NCBI GenBank assembly: GCA_976551045.1
Contig: CDPCPM010000370.1
Location: forward strand, 744,001-808,000
Source: Glaucostegus cemiculus
Taxonomy: Eukaryota
DNA: 64,000 bases
Reading direction: 5' to 3'
Below the pieces are notes generated by a model that worked only from the letters and a program-made list of their open reading frames with translations, had not been told where the DNA came from and ran no database searches. The first letter of the stretch is position 1. Each line of letters begins with the position of its first letter. Positions 26,375 to 38,899 of this stretch are shown one piece after another. The translations under genes were made by a program, and so were the position numbers.

Positions 26375-27858
26375 GGAAGTTCCTAATTGTGAGGTGCTAC
26401 ACTTTTCGAAAGAAGCCGTAAGAAGTGCTTTGGTGGCCACTACAGCAAAGATTGTGATCGATTCCAAAAGGTTTGTTAATGTCAATGAGACTGATGATAG
26501 CGAATCTCTCTGGACTGAAAGGCCATGATCCAGAGAACAAAGAGTGTCAACGCCCGATAAAATAGACGGCAGAGAGCAAGATTATTTCAAAGAACTAAAC
26601 AATCGATATCGTGTTTGTAGAAAGAACGATTGAAGCACAATATGCAGCAACACCGTGATTTAAATTGAGTAACGAAATGACAATCTCATATGTAGTTAAG
26701 GAAGGTCGTCGTGGTCTGGGTGAAAACTGCAGCCATTGGTCCATGAACATGCTCACAAAGATACATTTATATGTTGCATTTCAGTGTCTCTTCACTTCGC
26801 AATGAGTCGTTTTCACAATCAACGGGAGAAATCTGCCCACACTCAAACAGGGAGAATCAGAAAATCAATTTTATTGTCACTTCTATTTTCATATTCAGCG
26901 TGCATGGGAGGGAAATGCCGTACTCCACATATCAAGGTGAAGGTCACATTAAAAACGACAAGAGACACAAAGACCAAAAGACATTAATGATATTGGAACC
27001 GTATTTAAAGAAAAAAGACTCGAATAAAAGCAGCTTAAAATGAACGTGCTGATGCAGCAGTCATTGGACACTTCCAGTGCTGGTGCATTTTTGGTGCCAA
27101 GCATCCTTTGGTGTTGGAGGGAGGGATGGGGAGCAAAATTTTGAGGGAGTTCATGGATCTGCTGGCTTGTGAGAAATAGCTATTGCAAAGGCTCGTTCCA
27201 CAATTTTCCACCGTCGCAGCTCTGGGTGAAGATAAGTGTCGTCAAAGACCTCCCACGTTTGTCGGTGTCTCCTGCCTGCCCAGCCACACCCACAGCCAAT
27301 CATTCCGATTCATCGCTGTGTTCGTTGACACAGGGGCTTGGTTGCCGGCCCCTCACCAACTGTCCAACGCATTCACTCAATAGGTTCCCTCCCATGCGAG
27401 CGGTGCGCCGTTTGCTCGTGAACATGTCCCCTGCATTGAGCCCCTTCTTCTCGCAGTAATTGGTTTTATTGGGCAGAAATTTCATGGCAGCGCGAATTCC
27501 AGGGTACCAAGCATGTTCCGGATTGTTACTGTCTGTAGTTGTAAAACTGCAACGCAACTGAACTTCGTCCCCTATTCTCACCATCGTGCCAGCCGGTGTT
27601 TGTGTAGTGGAGTTTCACCAACAGTGTCCTACAAGGTCCGAGACCGTGAAACAGAAATTAAACAATGTAATTTCGTAGTGTCCATCCTCCAGATTTGCCC
27701 CTTGCCCATTGTTACTTTGGAGAACGGTGGCATTAAATCTTATATTTTATACCTGATAAATTCGGAAACCAGAGAATTGAGCGACTGTTGAACTCACCGG
27801 TTGCGAAAGCTGCCACCGGAAGCAGTAAAAACACCTGATTGATGCTGCATGAAGTCAT
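26375..27858 (-). pseudogene. Decayed Ig-superfamily gene: leader (27798-27858), V-like exon (from 27628), possible C1 remnant (about 26900-26960), possible TM exon (about 26375-26516)
   Basis: Leader MTSCSINQVFLLLPVAAFAT|GTGAG. V start GHCW*NSTTQTPAGTMVRIGDEVQLRCSF...AWY. C1-like TFTLICGVRHFPP. Hydrophobic exon after tttcAG: VQRDSLSSVSLTLTNLLESITIFAVVATKALLTASF. Leader and V are clear; C1 and TM are tentative. Confidence 0.5.
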
Positions 27859-28309
27859 GGCGGGTTTCAGCAGAGCTCCCCGCTCCACTGCAGCCCCGAG
27901 GCGGAAAACGGGAATTTATCCGTGTTGTCGAGTGCCGAAAGAAAGCTGATGAATTGATGACGAAAGTCTCGCTCGACCTTCCAGCAGAGGACACCAAAGG
28001 CCCAGAAGTCGTTCGGCATTTTCCCCATGGAAAGTCAGCAACTCAGGGGGAATTGATTTCGGCAGTTTTAACCAGATAGTTTGGTCCATTCTTCCATCAG
28101 TGGACAGGATACGGCTGTTTCACTGATACGTTCAAGGATCGATTCCCAGTCAGGGGAATTGGGAGTTTGTGGCTTTTGTCGAAACAAAAGGCGCGTCCAA
28201 AACTGTGTCTCGCCCAGCTGCCGCAATTGCACAGCGCTGCCGCCACGGGAACCAGCACCAGCCAATCAATCCTTCAAAGGTCAAATTGTAATCTCATGAG
28301 ATTAAAATT

Positions 28310-29310
28310 AATAAGAATCAGTTTTATTGTCACAAACATATACATACATAGTATGCATAGGAGCGAGATACCGTCATCCTCTGGTGCTCGTCCCATGAAG
28401 TAACAAACAGCAGAGACACTCAGACACACTGAACAAAATAAAACATTAAAAACTGCGGAAGTTTAAATTAAACTAAATTAAATACAGCAGGTGTTAAATT
28501 AAATACGGCAGGTATTATATTAAATACGGCAAGTTAAATTAAATACGGCTGGTAATTAAATAAATAGTTATTAACGTGAACGGGCTGGTGGCGGGCATTT
28601 AAAGAGCTTGTGCATTTCTGTGCACTTAGCGTCCCTTCGTGTTAACAAGGAAGATGGAGGAATGAGAGAGTTCGCAGTTCTGATGGCTTGCGGAAAGAAG
28701 CTATTGCTCAGCCTGGTCGTTCTCGCCCTGATACATTTGAGCCTCCTCCCAGATGGCGAAATTGTAAAGAGATGATGGGAGGGGTGAGAAGGGTCGGCCA
28801 TTATATTTTTGGTCTTCCTAACACAACGGTTCTTATATATGTCTGCGATGGATGGAAGAGAGACACCTATGATCTTCTCTGCAGCCATAACTATCCTCTG
28901 GAGGAACTTCCGCCCAGCAGCTGAGCAGCTTTCAAACCAAACAGTGATACATTGAGTTAAGATGCTCTCAATGGTCCCTCTATACAAAAGTTTTCATAAC
29001 TGAGGAATGAGAGATCGCTTTCCTCAGTCTCCGCATGAAGTAGAGGCGTTTCTGGGCATTCTTCGTGAGGGCCGTGATGTTAGTGGACCAGGTCATGTCA
29101 TCGGTGATATGCACCCCCCAGGAACTTGGTGCTGCTAACTTGTTCCACAGCAGACCCGTTGATGTTCAGCGGGCCGTGCACATGGTGACCCCTCCTAAAA
29201 TTCACTATCATCTCCTTGTTTATTTTCCACATTCAAGGAGAGGTTGTTTTCACTGCACCACATACCTAGTTGTTTCACCTCCTCTCTGTAGTCCGACTCA
29301 TTGACGACAG
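28310..29310 (-). mobile_element. Rex/Babar-type LINE 3' part (RT C-terminal region) with short tandem-repeat tail
   Basis: ORF 28571-28987 YRGTIESILTQCITVWFESC...DPSHPSHHLFTISPSGRR...TTRLSNSFFPQAIR; repeated attaaatacggcaggt at 28470-28560. Confidence 0.88.
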
Positions 29311-30299
29311 TGGTTACTTCTGCTTCCTTTCCACAGATGCCCTCTGGTCTGCTGAGAGTCTCCTAATTTTGTTATTTTTATTTCATATTTCCTGAATATT
29401 CTGTTTCGTTTTTCTTTTCAAAGATACTGTTTTGATTATTAATGTTCATGAACTGCGTTTAATCTATATTCAGGGCAAACTTTACAGTTACTTTTAACGG
29501 ATTACTGAAATAAAGGGGAAAATATGATTCAATGAGGTAAGGTCAGGTACATATAAAGAAAAACAAAACAAAGCAAACTCAGAATGCAGTCCGGCAACAC
29601 TTGAAATATTGAGTGAACCTTTGAATTATGCCGTGGAAGAAATTAAGAAAGCTGTATTGTTCATAAAAGCGTGGAAAGCGAGAACAGAGCACAGAGTTTG
29701 CCGTTTACAAATGTTTTCAGGATTAAAGGACCGTGCGTACAACAAAAATATGGACATCCTTTGATAATATTTGTTTGTAGACAACACCAATCATCACCAA
29801 TTCAGAAATCTTATTTACTTACACGAAAATACAATATATTTTTTCCAACATGTTGACGATTACTTTGCCTTTGATTTCGTGCTCATGTTCCTTACGACTC
29901 AGCGGCCGCCTAACTCGCGCAGCTTTCAGTTCCTCATCCCGGACCTGCCCAAGGCACTGATGCTTCTTCACTTTGGCCCACAGAATGCACCTGATGTCAC
30001 AGCAAAATGGCTGACAGGAGCCATCGTCAACATCGCACACTGGGAGCCAGATAATAGAGAATCATGGCCGCTAGGTGACGCAACAAGTAATGCTATCAAA
30101 CTGGCTGCCGCCCGGTCCATGTTATTTAGCAGCGTCGGCGCAAAACCTGAGCTGAAGAACATGAACACGTACTTTATCTGTCTCTGTGTTTCTGTCTCTG
30201 TCTCTGTTTCTGTATCTCTCTCTCACACACAAACGCACACTCACACACACACGAGATATTTACAATTATGGCAAGATTAAACATCCTGCAGGCACATTT

Positions 30300-31990
30300 C
30301 CAATGGACAAAGGTCATATGGACATTGACTGTCCTGGTCTTATGGGGACAAGTGTAACATGCACAATGACTGGGCTCAGTTTTATAGTTCTCATTATAAC
30401 ATGAATAGTGACAGGGTCTGGTGCTAGAGTTCCCATTGAATATTGAACAGTGATTAGGATTGGTGTTTCGGACGCTGTGTAATCTGATCGATATCTCGGC
30501 TTGACATAGCAGGGCCTAATGTAATTTGAAGTTTGATTGAGCCTCCTTTATTTTGAGCATTGACTGGAAATTTTGCGAAAGGACACATTGTACCATGGAC
30601 AGTGACTGGATTTTACGATATGCGGCCTGGTTTTACATGACTATTGACTGTGATTCTAGTTTTAAGACGTAGATAATGTGAACGGTCACTATTACTAATT
30701 TTCTCGGGCCTAATTTAATGTGAACACTGACTGCATCAGCTGATGACGGCCTCAGTGTAATATGAACAGTGACCGGGCAGACATTATATGGTGCTGAGTG
30801 CAAAAGGAATGTTGATTATGTCTGGTGATCCAGCGCTCCATGTAACAGACACACTGTTCGGGCTTGATTTTACTGCACCATAGTACAATGAGCAGTGTCA
30901 AGTCCGGGTGTTCCAGCACGCAGCACATCATTAACTATAAATTGTCACTACGTTATGGAAATAAATATGACATGAACGGTCTCTGTGACTGATGTTATGA
31001 GGCTAAGGTAATATGAACAGTTACTATTCTTGTTCCTAGACTTAATTTATTATGAAATGTAACTGGGCCTGGTGTTCCAGGGCTCAGATTAATGTAACAG
31101 AAAATGTATCATGTGTTATGGAACCCAGTGTAATATCAGCAGACATGATGTCCTGCTGTTTTATTACCAAGTGTAATATGACAAGAAACTGGACCGAGCG
31201 TTATCGGGTACAGTTGAAAATTTAAAAAAAAAGCTTGATTCCAGTATTCTGGGGCCTGGAATATTTTGGACAGTGATGAGCCTAAACAAATATATATTCA
31301 CAGTATCTTGGCCTGATGATAGAGGCCCTCGTGTAAAATAAACAATGTCCGAGCATGACATTATATTGAGCTTATAACAGAAGGATTGGCAATGCTCCTT
31401 GATGTTGCTGGGCTTCATGAAACACAAATATTGTGTGAGCTTGGTTTGAGAGGGTCCTCAGTAATCTGAACCATTTCCGGGCCTGCTGTTTCTGTTACAA
31501 TTATGATATTAATAGTGACTAGGTCTGCTGTTATTGGGCGCTAGCGTAAGTTGAAGAGTGATTGTGCTTGGCATTATAGGGTCAAGAGTAATCGATTATC
31601 TTAGTTTACCGATACAGAGGCTGGAGTAATCTGAACCGTGGTTGAATTGAAGCAATTAGGACAAAAGTAAGTTGAACATGAAGCAGGCCGGCTGTACGCA
31701 ATACTTGTGGGAAATAAATAGTCACTGGGTCTGTTGTAATAGGGATCACAGAGCTAAAAACTGTGACATGGTGAGATGTTCCGCAAATTGTTTACTATCA
31801 TCAATGGCTGCATTTAATGCAGAACCACGACAGAAAAAATAGCATATTTGCAGCTGGTATGTACGGGAGGTGTGCGATGTGAGCAGTGACTAGATCTGTT
31901 TTTATGTTTCTGGTGTAACCGGAACAAAGCTTGGGCCTTGTGCAGGAGTGGAACAGCAGAGTGTATTCCTCATTGTAAACATGACTGATG
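30300..31990. repeat. Highly diverged ~42-bp tandem array (roughly 40 units)
   Basis: Recurring unit like TGACTGGGCCTGGTGTTATGGGGCCTAGTGTAATATGAACAG; consecutive units counted at 41-42 bp near 30327-30451. Confidence 0.75.
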
Positions 31991-32419
31991 CATGATGCAC
32001 AGGACACAATTCATCTTAAACCGCAACCTGCCGCACCCTGGCCAGGGCCAAGTGTAACACAGATTCAGAGAAAGCAAGGCCATGAGTGAAAATTGAGGTG
32101 TTGGAGGAATTCAGCGGGTCAAGCAGTATCTGTGGCGTGAAGTAGACAGTCAAAGTTTCTGGTTGAGACCTCTTCTCTGGATGGTGAGACAATGAGAGGA
32201 CAGCACTGCCAAGAGGCAACCGCAGACGCCTCGTGGTCGACCTGTCACCTTAGCCTGGCGCGGGGTTCTAATGCCCACCAAAGTAAATGTGCCTTATATT
32301 TTGCAGGACCATTAACCGGGAGGCAGCGCGGTACTCAGCAACAGTAGACTTCATCAGAATGTGATCTTACAGAACCGCGATACGGGTATATTCGAGGAAC
32401 TCAGGGTCCATATCACACA

Positions 32420-33730
32420 CTCTCAACACTCATGACTGCATGGCGGGGAATAAACGCCACCAGAAATTTCGCAGATGACAGTACTGTTGCTGGTAAAATA
32501 TCACATGGTGATGAGAAGACGTACAGGAGGAGTGTGATATCTCGGTTGGTTGAATGTTGTATCAACAGCAGCTTCGTGGTCAATATCAGGAAGAAGAGAG
32601 AATTAATTGTGGACTTCAGGAAAGGTAAGTCAGGGAGAAAATAGACCTAAGTCTTCCCTGAGGACTCAGCGGTTGGAAAGGTGGGCAGCTTCAAGTTCTG
32701 GGTATCAGTATCTCAGATGATCTATCTTGCACCCAACGCATTGATACAATCCCGAATAAAGCACGCCAGTAGCTCTACTTTATGGGAGCTTGAGTATATC
32801 TGGTTTGTTAGCAAAGACTCTTGCAATTTCAACAAAGGACTGTGGATAGCATTCTGACTAGAACATAGAACATAGAAAAAACACAGCATGATTTAGGCAC
32901 TTCGGCCCCCAAAGCTGTGCCGAACATGCCCCTACACTAGAAATTACTAGGCTTACCCATAGCCCTCGAGTTTACTTACCTCCATGTATCTAACAGTGTC
33001 TTGAAAGACCCTATCCTATCCGCTTCCACCACTGCCTCCGGCAGCACATTCCACGCACTCACCGCTCTTACCCCTGGCATCTCCCCTATATCTACTCCCC
33101 AGCACCTTAAACCTATATTCTCTTTTGGCCACCATTTCAGCCCTGGGGAAAAACCTCTGACTATCTACCTGATCAATACCTCACATCATCTTCTATACCT
33201 CTAACAGGTCCCCCCTCATCCTCCTTCTCTCCAAGGAGAAAATGCCGAGTTCCCGCAATCTGCTTTCATAAGGCATGCTCCGCATTCCAGGCAGCATCCT
33301 CGTAAACCTCCTTTGCACCCTCTCTATTGCTTCCACATCTTTCCTGCACTGAGGAGACAAGAACTGATCACAATGCTCCAAGTGGGGTCTGACAAGGGAC
33401 ATATATAACTGAAGCTATACCTCTCGGCTCCTAATTTCTATCCCGCGACTGATGAAGGACATGTTGAGGAAGGACATGTTGCATCACCACCCGGCATGGA
33501 GAGGCCAATAAGCAGGAACCCAAAGAGGCTGCAGAGGGTTGTAGACCAACCAGCTCCATCACGGGCCCAACCCTCCATACCATCGAGGAAAGATAGTTCC
33601 TCAGGAAGGCTGCATCATGAAATGCAGTCACCATCCTGGACATGCAATCTTCACGTTACTATCATCGGGAACGTGGTGGAGGAGCATGAACAGACATATC
33701 AGCGTTTCAGGATCAGCTTCCCCACCCCAG
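32420..33730 (+). mobile_element. Degenerate Rex/Babar-type LINE interrupted by a CR1 insertion
   Basis: NFADDSTVAG...KRELIVDFRK at 32460-32640; the element resumes after about 33470 (gttgcatcacc..aagaggctgcagagggttgtagac). Confidence 0.7.
32861..33470 (-). mobile_element. CR1-type LINE 3' fragment (nested)
   Basis: SLVRPHLEHCDQFLSPQCRKDVEAIERVQRRFTRMLPGM...LERRRMRGDL, the hallmark CR1 ORF2 C-terminus, with an (AGAACAT)n tail. Confidence 0.9.
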
Positions 33731-33939
33731 GGGAAAATTGTCCGACATACGTCAGTGATTATAAACCTGATTCTAATTCTAATTCTCACATGGGTTGTCA
33801 GTTCAGAACCTAATTGGTGGGCGGTCACGAGGTCACAGAACCCACTATATTCTTATATTTTTGCATTATCTCACATAAAATGTGAAATGAAATCAATACA
33901 GCATTCGCTCCAGTCACAACCTACGCAAAGACATACAAA

Positions 33940-34050
33940 CAATACACACGCGGGCGCACATGCGGGCAGGCATGCACGCACACACACACACAGACACAGA
34001 CACACAGACACAGACATACACACACACATACACACACACACACACACACA
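33940..34050. repeat. (CA)n microsatellite
   Basis: Direct inspection. Confidence 0.9.
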
Positions 34051-34054
34051 TTCG

Positions 34055-34250
34055 TTGACTGTGCTGCTGCCTTTCCACCGAGAAGAGACCCTTCCCACAA
34101 TTGTGAACCAGGATATCGTGCTTCATTTACTCTCGAGCAAATGACAGAAATTTCTGACAGGGAAGTTATTGTTGTACCAGTTGATGTATTTGCAATTCGC
34201 TTTCGCTATTTCTGTTCTGTGTGATTGGGTCACCTTTGATTCCTTGTCTG
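34055..34250 (-). pseudogene. Very decayed TCR-type V fragment
   Basis: Minus strand KESKVTQSHRTEIAKANCKYINWY, then (frameshifted) KGLFSVERQ; truncated by the CA repeat. Confidence 0.35.
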
Positions 34251-34964
34251 TCTGTCAGTTCTTCGCTTTGAGAGTTCTATATCTGGGTTCATTTTAATTA
34301 ACGACCCAGTCCCATCCGCACGTGATCACGGCAGCAAAACCAGATCAACCAAGGGAAGATTCAATTGAAGAATATCCATATGTGGTTCAAAGTTACCAGC
34401 AAGTTCTCACAAAGTGACCTGGGTTTCAAATCAGCTCAGTTCAACAGCTGTGATTGACCTGAGAAGGAGAGAGTTGTTATGCTGAACGATTAAATCCTGA
34501 AGCTCCCTCCTTCTGAAACAGCCAGGACAGGCTGTTGTTCCCCCACGTACACAGTCAGTGGCAGTTGTCAGTCACTTGACTAATCTTGTATTCTCCCACA
34601 TCTGTCTCCCTCACTTTCTTTCTCTCTTATCCTCCCACTCCCTCAATTTCCCATCCACCCACTACATTCATATTCTCACACTCCTAACTCTCTCTTTCAA
34701 TGTCTGTCCAGTCAAACTAAAAATTAACAAGGGAGATGCAGGAAATTTTAGAAAGAAGATAATGGAAATCTAGGCACCAGCCAAGTTCTCATGAAAGGTC
34801 TTCCACCTGAAACGTTGGCTCTGTTTCTCTCTCTTCGACAAATCCACACTCACAATAATTCTTCTGTTTCTTATGGACAACCTCTGGTAGGAACTGATCC
34901 TTAATTTTCCTCCAGTTTCAGAGTGACCAGCTGGCATGCGTCGCCGTCTTTGGAGCAACCTGTG

Positions 34965-35495
34965 CAATGTTGAAGTTTTTCAAGATGTTGGTGAGACCAA
35001 ACCTGGAGTATGGTGTGCATTTTCCACCTATTTGCAGGAAAAACGCCATTGATCTGCAAGGACTGAAAATAAGATTGAATATTCAAGAGAATGTTGTCAG
35101 GACACGAGAGTCTGAGTTAAAGGGAGTGTTTGTTCAGACGAGGACTTTATTCATTGGAGCGAATGTGACTGAAAGGTAACCTTGTAGAAGTGTACAAAAA
35201 CACACAGGGCACAGACAGCATTAATGCGCATAATTACTTCCCCCAGGGAAAGGGAATGTAATGCTGGAGGCCGTATGTTTAATTTAGGAAAGGAAACATG
35301 TTAGGATAGCTGAGGAGCAAATTCTTCACGCAGAATGTGGTGCGTATCTGACATGAGCTATAGGAGGAAGTGGTTGAGGTAGGAATAATAACTACTTTCA
35401 GAAGTTTCTTTTCGAAATTTGGCAAATGGGATGATCTTAGATTGCCATCATGGGTAGCATAGACGAGATTGGCCGAACTGCTTATTTCCCTGCTT
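34965..35495 (+). mobile_element. CR1-type LINE 3' fragment
   Basis: KMLVRPNLEYGVHF..CRK, and downstream FFTQNVV-like sequence. Confidence 0.75.
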
Positions 35496-36333
35496 GGCCA
35501 TCCTAATGTGCTCCGGTGCCGAATGGGAAACTTGTCTTGAATGTTATCAAATAAAAATGACAGAGAGAGCGTTGGAAACTATGCGGCCGCACGTTAATAG
35601 TCACATTAATATAGAATCTGCTTCTCCAACATAGACTGAAAATTAAAACAAAAGAAAACCGCAGATGCTGCAAATCCTGAAATACATACGAAAACGTTGG
35701 AGACACTCAGCAGGTCAGAAAGTATGTGTTGGCAGAGAAACTGGGTTTACGTTTCAACCAGAAAACAATTCATCAGAAATAGAAAGGTGAGCATCCAATA
35801 TTAATTTAATTTGCAGGCACAGGGGTCGTGTTGGCGTGGGGTGGACAGAATGAATATTTTACTTTTAAATGTGACGCCGATATTTCCTATGTGACAAGCT
35901 GTTTATTGAGATTACAGATGGTGGATTGATAAGAGAACGTTGAGACTAAATGCAATTAGGTGCAATCACGTTTACGTCCGGTCCTCAAGAAACCTCTGGG
36001 TGTGCGATTAATGAGGGATAAAAGGGACCGGCGTCTTCTGCTAACAGAATCACTCCCCACCCACTGAACGTCAGAGGAATATGGGAGGGGCATTCACATA
36101 CGGATCAGAAAGCCAAAGTCGAACCAGAACATTCAATGGTCTCTCTTAAACCTGCCATTCCTCCACAACAGAGAGGCCAGTGATCAGGGATCCGCGGACC
36201 CCTTGAATATCCGACCACCGCCCAGTGTAAAACGACCCGACCCGCTGAAGTGTCGGGGACAGACTGCCGGAGCAGTCACGGACCCGGGCTCCTGCGCCCC
36301 GTCACGTAAACCATCCGCCGGAATAAAAACGCG

Positions 36334-36809
36334 ATGGGAATCCTGATTGTTTTGACGCTGTGCCTCTGGTCTCGCCGTGAGTACCGTTCACAGACTCCCA
36401 GACCGTGCCGGTTTAGTTTAAACTTTCTGCGTCCTTTCCGAATTTCAACCACTGTCCTGCTTTTCGCCCAGTTGCTTTGTAAGCCGCTCACACCCATTCA
36501 TCGCTCTCTCTGTGTTTAACGTCCAGATTCCTTCAGTCATTCGGTGATGCAGACACCAAAAGCTGTGTCCAGGAAGGAGTGCCAGTCAGTAACCATCAAC
36601 TGCAGTTTTTGGGGTGACTATAAGTTCCAAGGTGGACATTTCTTCAAACACACGCAGAAGGGGGACGAGTGGGAGCGTATCAATTGCGGGGGACGATTTG
36701 TTACGATAACAAATGAAGCAGAACGCACTGTTACCTTGGAAATCCGGGATCTCAGAATTGAAGACAGCGCTACCTATTACTGTAAAATTGAGTACAGTGT
36801 GACAACTTC
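36334..36809 (+). CDS. NAR-TCR N-terminal V segment (NAR-like V): leader 36334-36376, V exon 36527-36809
   Basis: Leader MGILIVLTLCLWSR|GTGAGT. V: HSFSHSVMQTPKAVSRKECQSVTINC...GGHFFK...WERINCGGRFVT...TVTLEIRDLRIEDSATYYCKIEYSVTT. The short FR2-CDR2 with ERI.GGRF is the IgNAR signature; extra FR1 Cys; open frame and intact splice sites. Confidence 0.88.
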
Positions 36810-36837
36810 CACAGTGGAAGGGAGCAGATCAAAAACA
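36810..36837 (+). other. Recombination signal sequence, 12-bp spacer, 3' of the NAR-like V
   Basis: CACAGTG (36810-36816) + GAAGGGAGCAGA (12 bp) + TCAAAAACA (36829-36837). Confidence 0.88.
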
Positions 36838-37152
36838 GTGTGCTGGCAAGATATGCTTTCCTGAGATCCGAAAGCAGAAATGTAAGTGTATGATTATATT
36901 TTCCTAGACTGTAATATGGGTGATAGTCACAATACTGTACACCCTTTCAGGGATTATTCATTGGCACTGCACCCCGTTTTGAGAATCCAGCATTGGCTCT
37001 TGTGGTGGGGCCATTTTGCCAAGAGATCTGTTTCTGAAAGCAGATACATCAAACTGTCCGGTATTGTGAACATGATTTTTTTTAAATTTTAAAAGCGTTG
37101 GAAAAAGTGGTAAGCCTCCAGTAATATTTGCCGGGCTGAGTTAAATGAAGAT

Positions 37153-37191
37153 GGTTGTTGTACCGGGGATACTGAGTGCGGCATTACTGTG
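37153..37191 (-). other. Recombination signal sequence, 23-bp spacer, 5' of the J
   Basis: GGTTGTTGT (37153-37161) + 23 bp + TACTGTG (37185-37191). Confidence 0.85.
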
Positions 37192-37256
37192 TACGTTTCT
37201 ACCCAGAGTACAAGAGTACCAGCTTGGAATTGGGTCCACAGTTACTGTCACAGCCG
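37192..37256 (+). CDS. NAR-TCR J segment
   Basis: Open frame TFLPRVQEYQLGIGSTVTVTA (G-x-G-S-T-V-T-V motif) ending in phase-1 donor G|GTAAT, preceded by a 23-RSS. Confidence 0.85.
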
Positions 37257-38602
37257 GTAATATTCTGGAAACATTGTGCTTTCTTGCGTTTTCCTCGGGA
37301 GATTCAGTGTAATTTATTCTTGGTATCCTGTGATGTCAGTCTTCTTCCAAGTGAAGAAGACCGTATTTCAAAGGGGTTCTGAAAAGTGGTCCAGAGATAG
37401 TGTCGTTAATGGAAGGCACGTCTGGGCGTGAGTCCCTAGAGAATAGTTTTGAGGCCCCAGGAGTAGGTGGATTGGGGATTGTGATGGGAAATAAATGCTG
37501 GGGTGACCAACGATGCCCACATGCCCAATAAATGAATAAATATATAAACGAACAGGAGCACCTGAGCGAAGGAAGACAGAGTGCGAAGAGAGGCAAGGGT
37601 AAATTCGCCGAAAGGTAAGATCAATTTGATTCATACGGCAGGAACTGTTGGGACGTTCGGGAGGTAGCGATGCCGGTCCTGATCACAGCGATTTTAGATT
37701 CACTGGAGGCGTGATGGGGTATTCTGTGGGGAGCAATTGCGATGGATGTGTACATACGCTCTTTTTGTGAAGTCTGGAGAGTTAAATCTTTATTATTAAC
37801 CAGCTGCAGAGAGAGATTGACAAGGGAGATGCTGAGCTGTGAATGACTCTGAAACACCTGTGAAAATAGCACAGACTGATGCCAACTGCCAACTCACAGA
37901 CTGTGGGAAAGGTTCTGGGTTCGAGATAAACCGGATTAAATCCGCAGGCACCACAAAGCGGAATACTTATATCTGAAAAAAATGCAATAAATTTAAATGA
38001 ATGTAAAGCAGAGAAAGACCTGATGCACTGGACGAAACCTGTATAAAACAGAGTATAGCATAATCCAGAGTTGTTTTAAACCATATGTAAAGGTTGATAC
38101 CGTCCCACAGATGCTCAGTACGTGCTGTTGAATCTCACTCCTTTATCCTGGAATCTTGTCGTGCAATAGTCTTTACTGAGCAGGGCCACATGTCTGGAAT
38201 GCTCATCCCGCACTGAGGAGAAAAGGTATTGTTCAAAGGTTTCGCCAAGAATCATGATAGACAAAAATAATTTTATAGAACATTGGAAGGTAATTCCTCC
38301 CATTGTCTATGTGCCGGCTCTATGAACCTTCCCAATTTTTTTCTGCATACTATTTGTTTATTCCCATTAACCTATACATTTTCCCAATTCCCCTTTGATG
38401 ATCACACGTTACTCCCAGCGATTGTCTGTCAGAGAGTTCCCCGCTGCATCATGCCTGGAATAACAGTGAATATAATTTAATAACGTTTGCACATAGTTTA
38501 AGTGAAGGGAACTGGTGAAAAACTGGAACTTACTCCTGTGTCTGACATTGTCCACGCTAATCAAGAGTAAAGTAATCATGATTTTATGTTTAATTCCTAT
38601 AG

Positions 38603-38899
38603 GTTCAATTTCCCCGCAGACACAGAATTTAAAACGTTCTTCTGGCGACACCGTCACTTTAACCTGCGAATATTCCGGTTTCTGTCCGTACACAGTACAC
38701 TGGTACCGGCAGTTCCAAGGACAAGCTCCAAACTTTCTCTGCCAGAGACATACTTCAGGAGAACAGGACAAAGGAAATGCTACAGAAGAACGGATTTCCA
38801 ACTTTCTCGATCGTGACAGGAAAATCAGCCGGTTAACGATCTCTGAACTGCAACTGAACGACTCGGCTGTCTATCACTGTGCACTGAGTGCACGCACAG
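38603..38899 (+). CDS. NAR-TCR supporting TCR Vdelta segment (leaderless)
   Basis: Acceptor cctatAG, phase 1 matching the J donor. GSISPQTQNLKRSSGDTVTLTCEYSGFCPYTVHWYRQ...RLTISELQLNDSAVYHCALS. Non-canonical CDR1 Cys; no convincing leader exon. Confidence 0.9.

Noticed and set aside
30300-31990. CRISPR-like or Ig switch-region interpretation of the 42-bp array
   Set aside because: Vertebrate DNA with no repeat-spacer structure; not AGCT-rich and not located upstream of a constant region.
37029-37068. TGTTTCTGA...TATTGTG as the 5' RSS of a D segment
   Set aside because: Spacer of about 24 bp, poor consensus, and no 3' RSS follows.
38515-38602. In-frame hydrophobic 'leader' MKNWNLLLCLTLSTL upstream of the supporting V
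   Set aside because: Starts at GTG, has no leader intron, and a good acceptor at 38601-38602 matches the J donor phase; most likely intron read-through.
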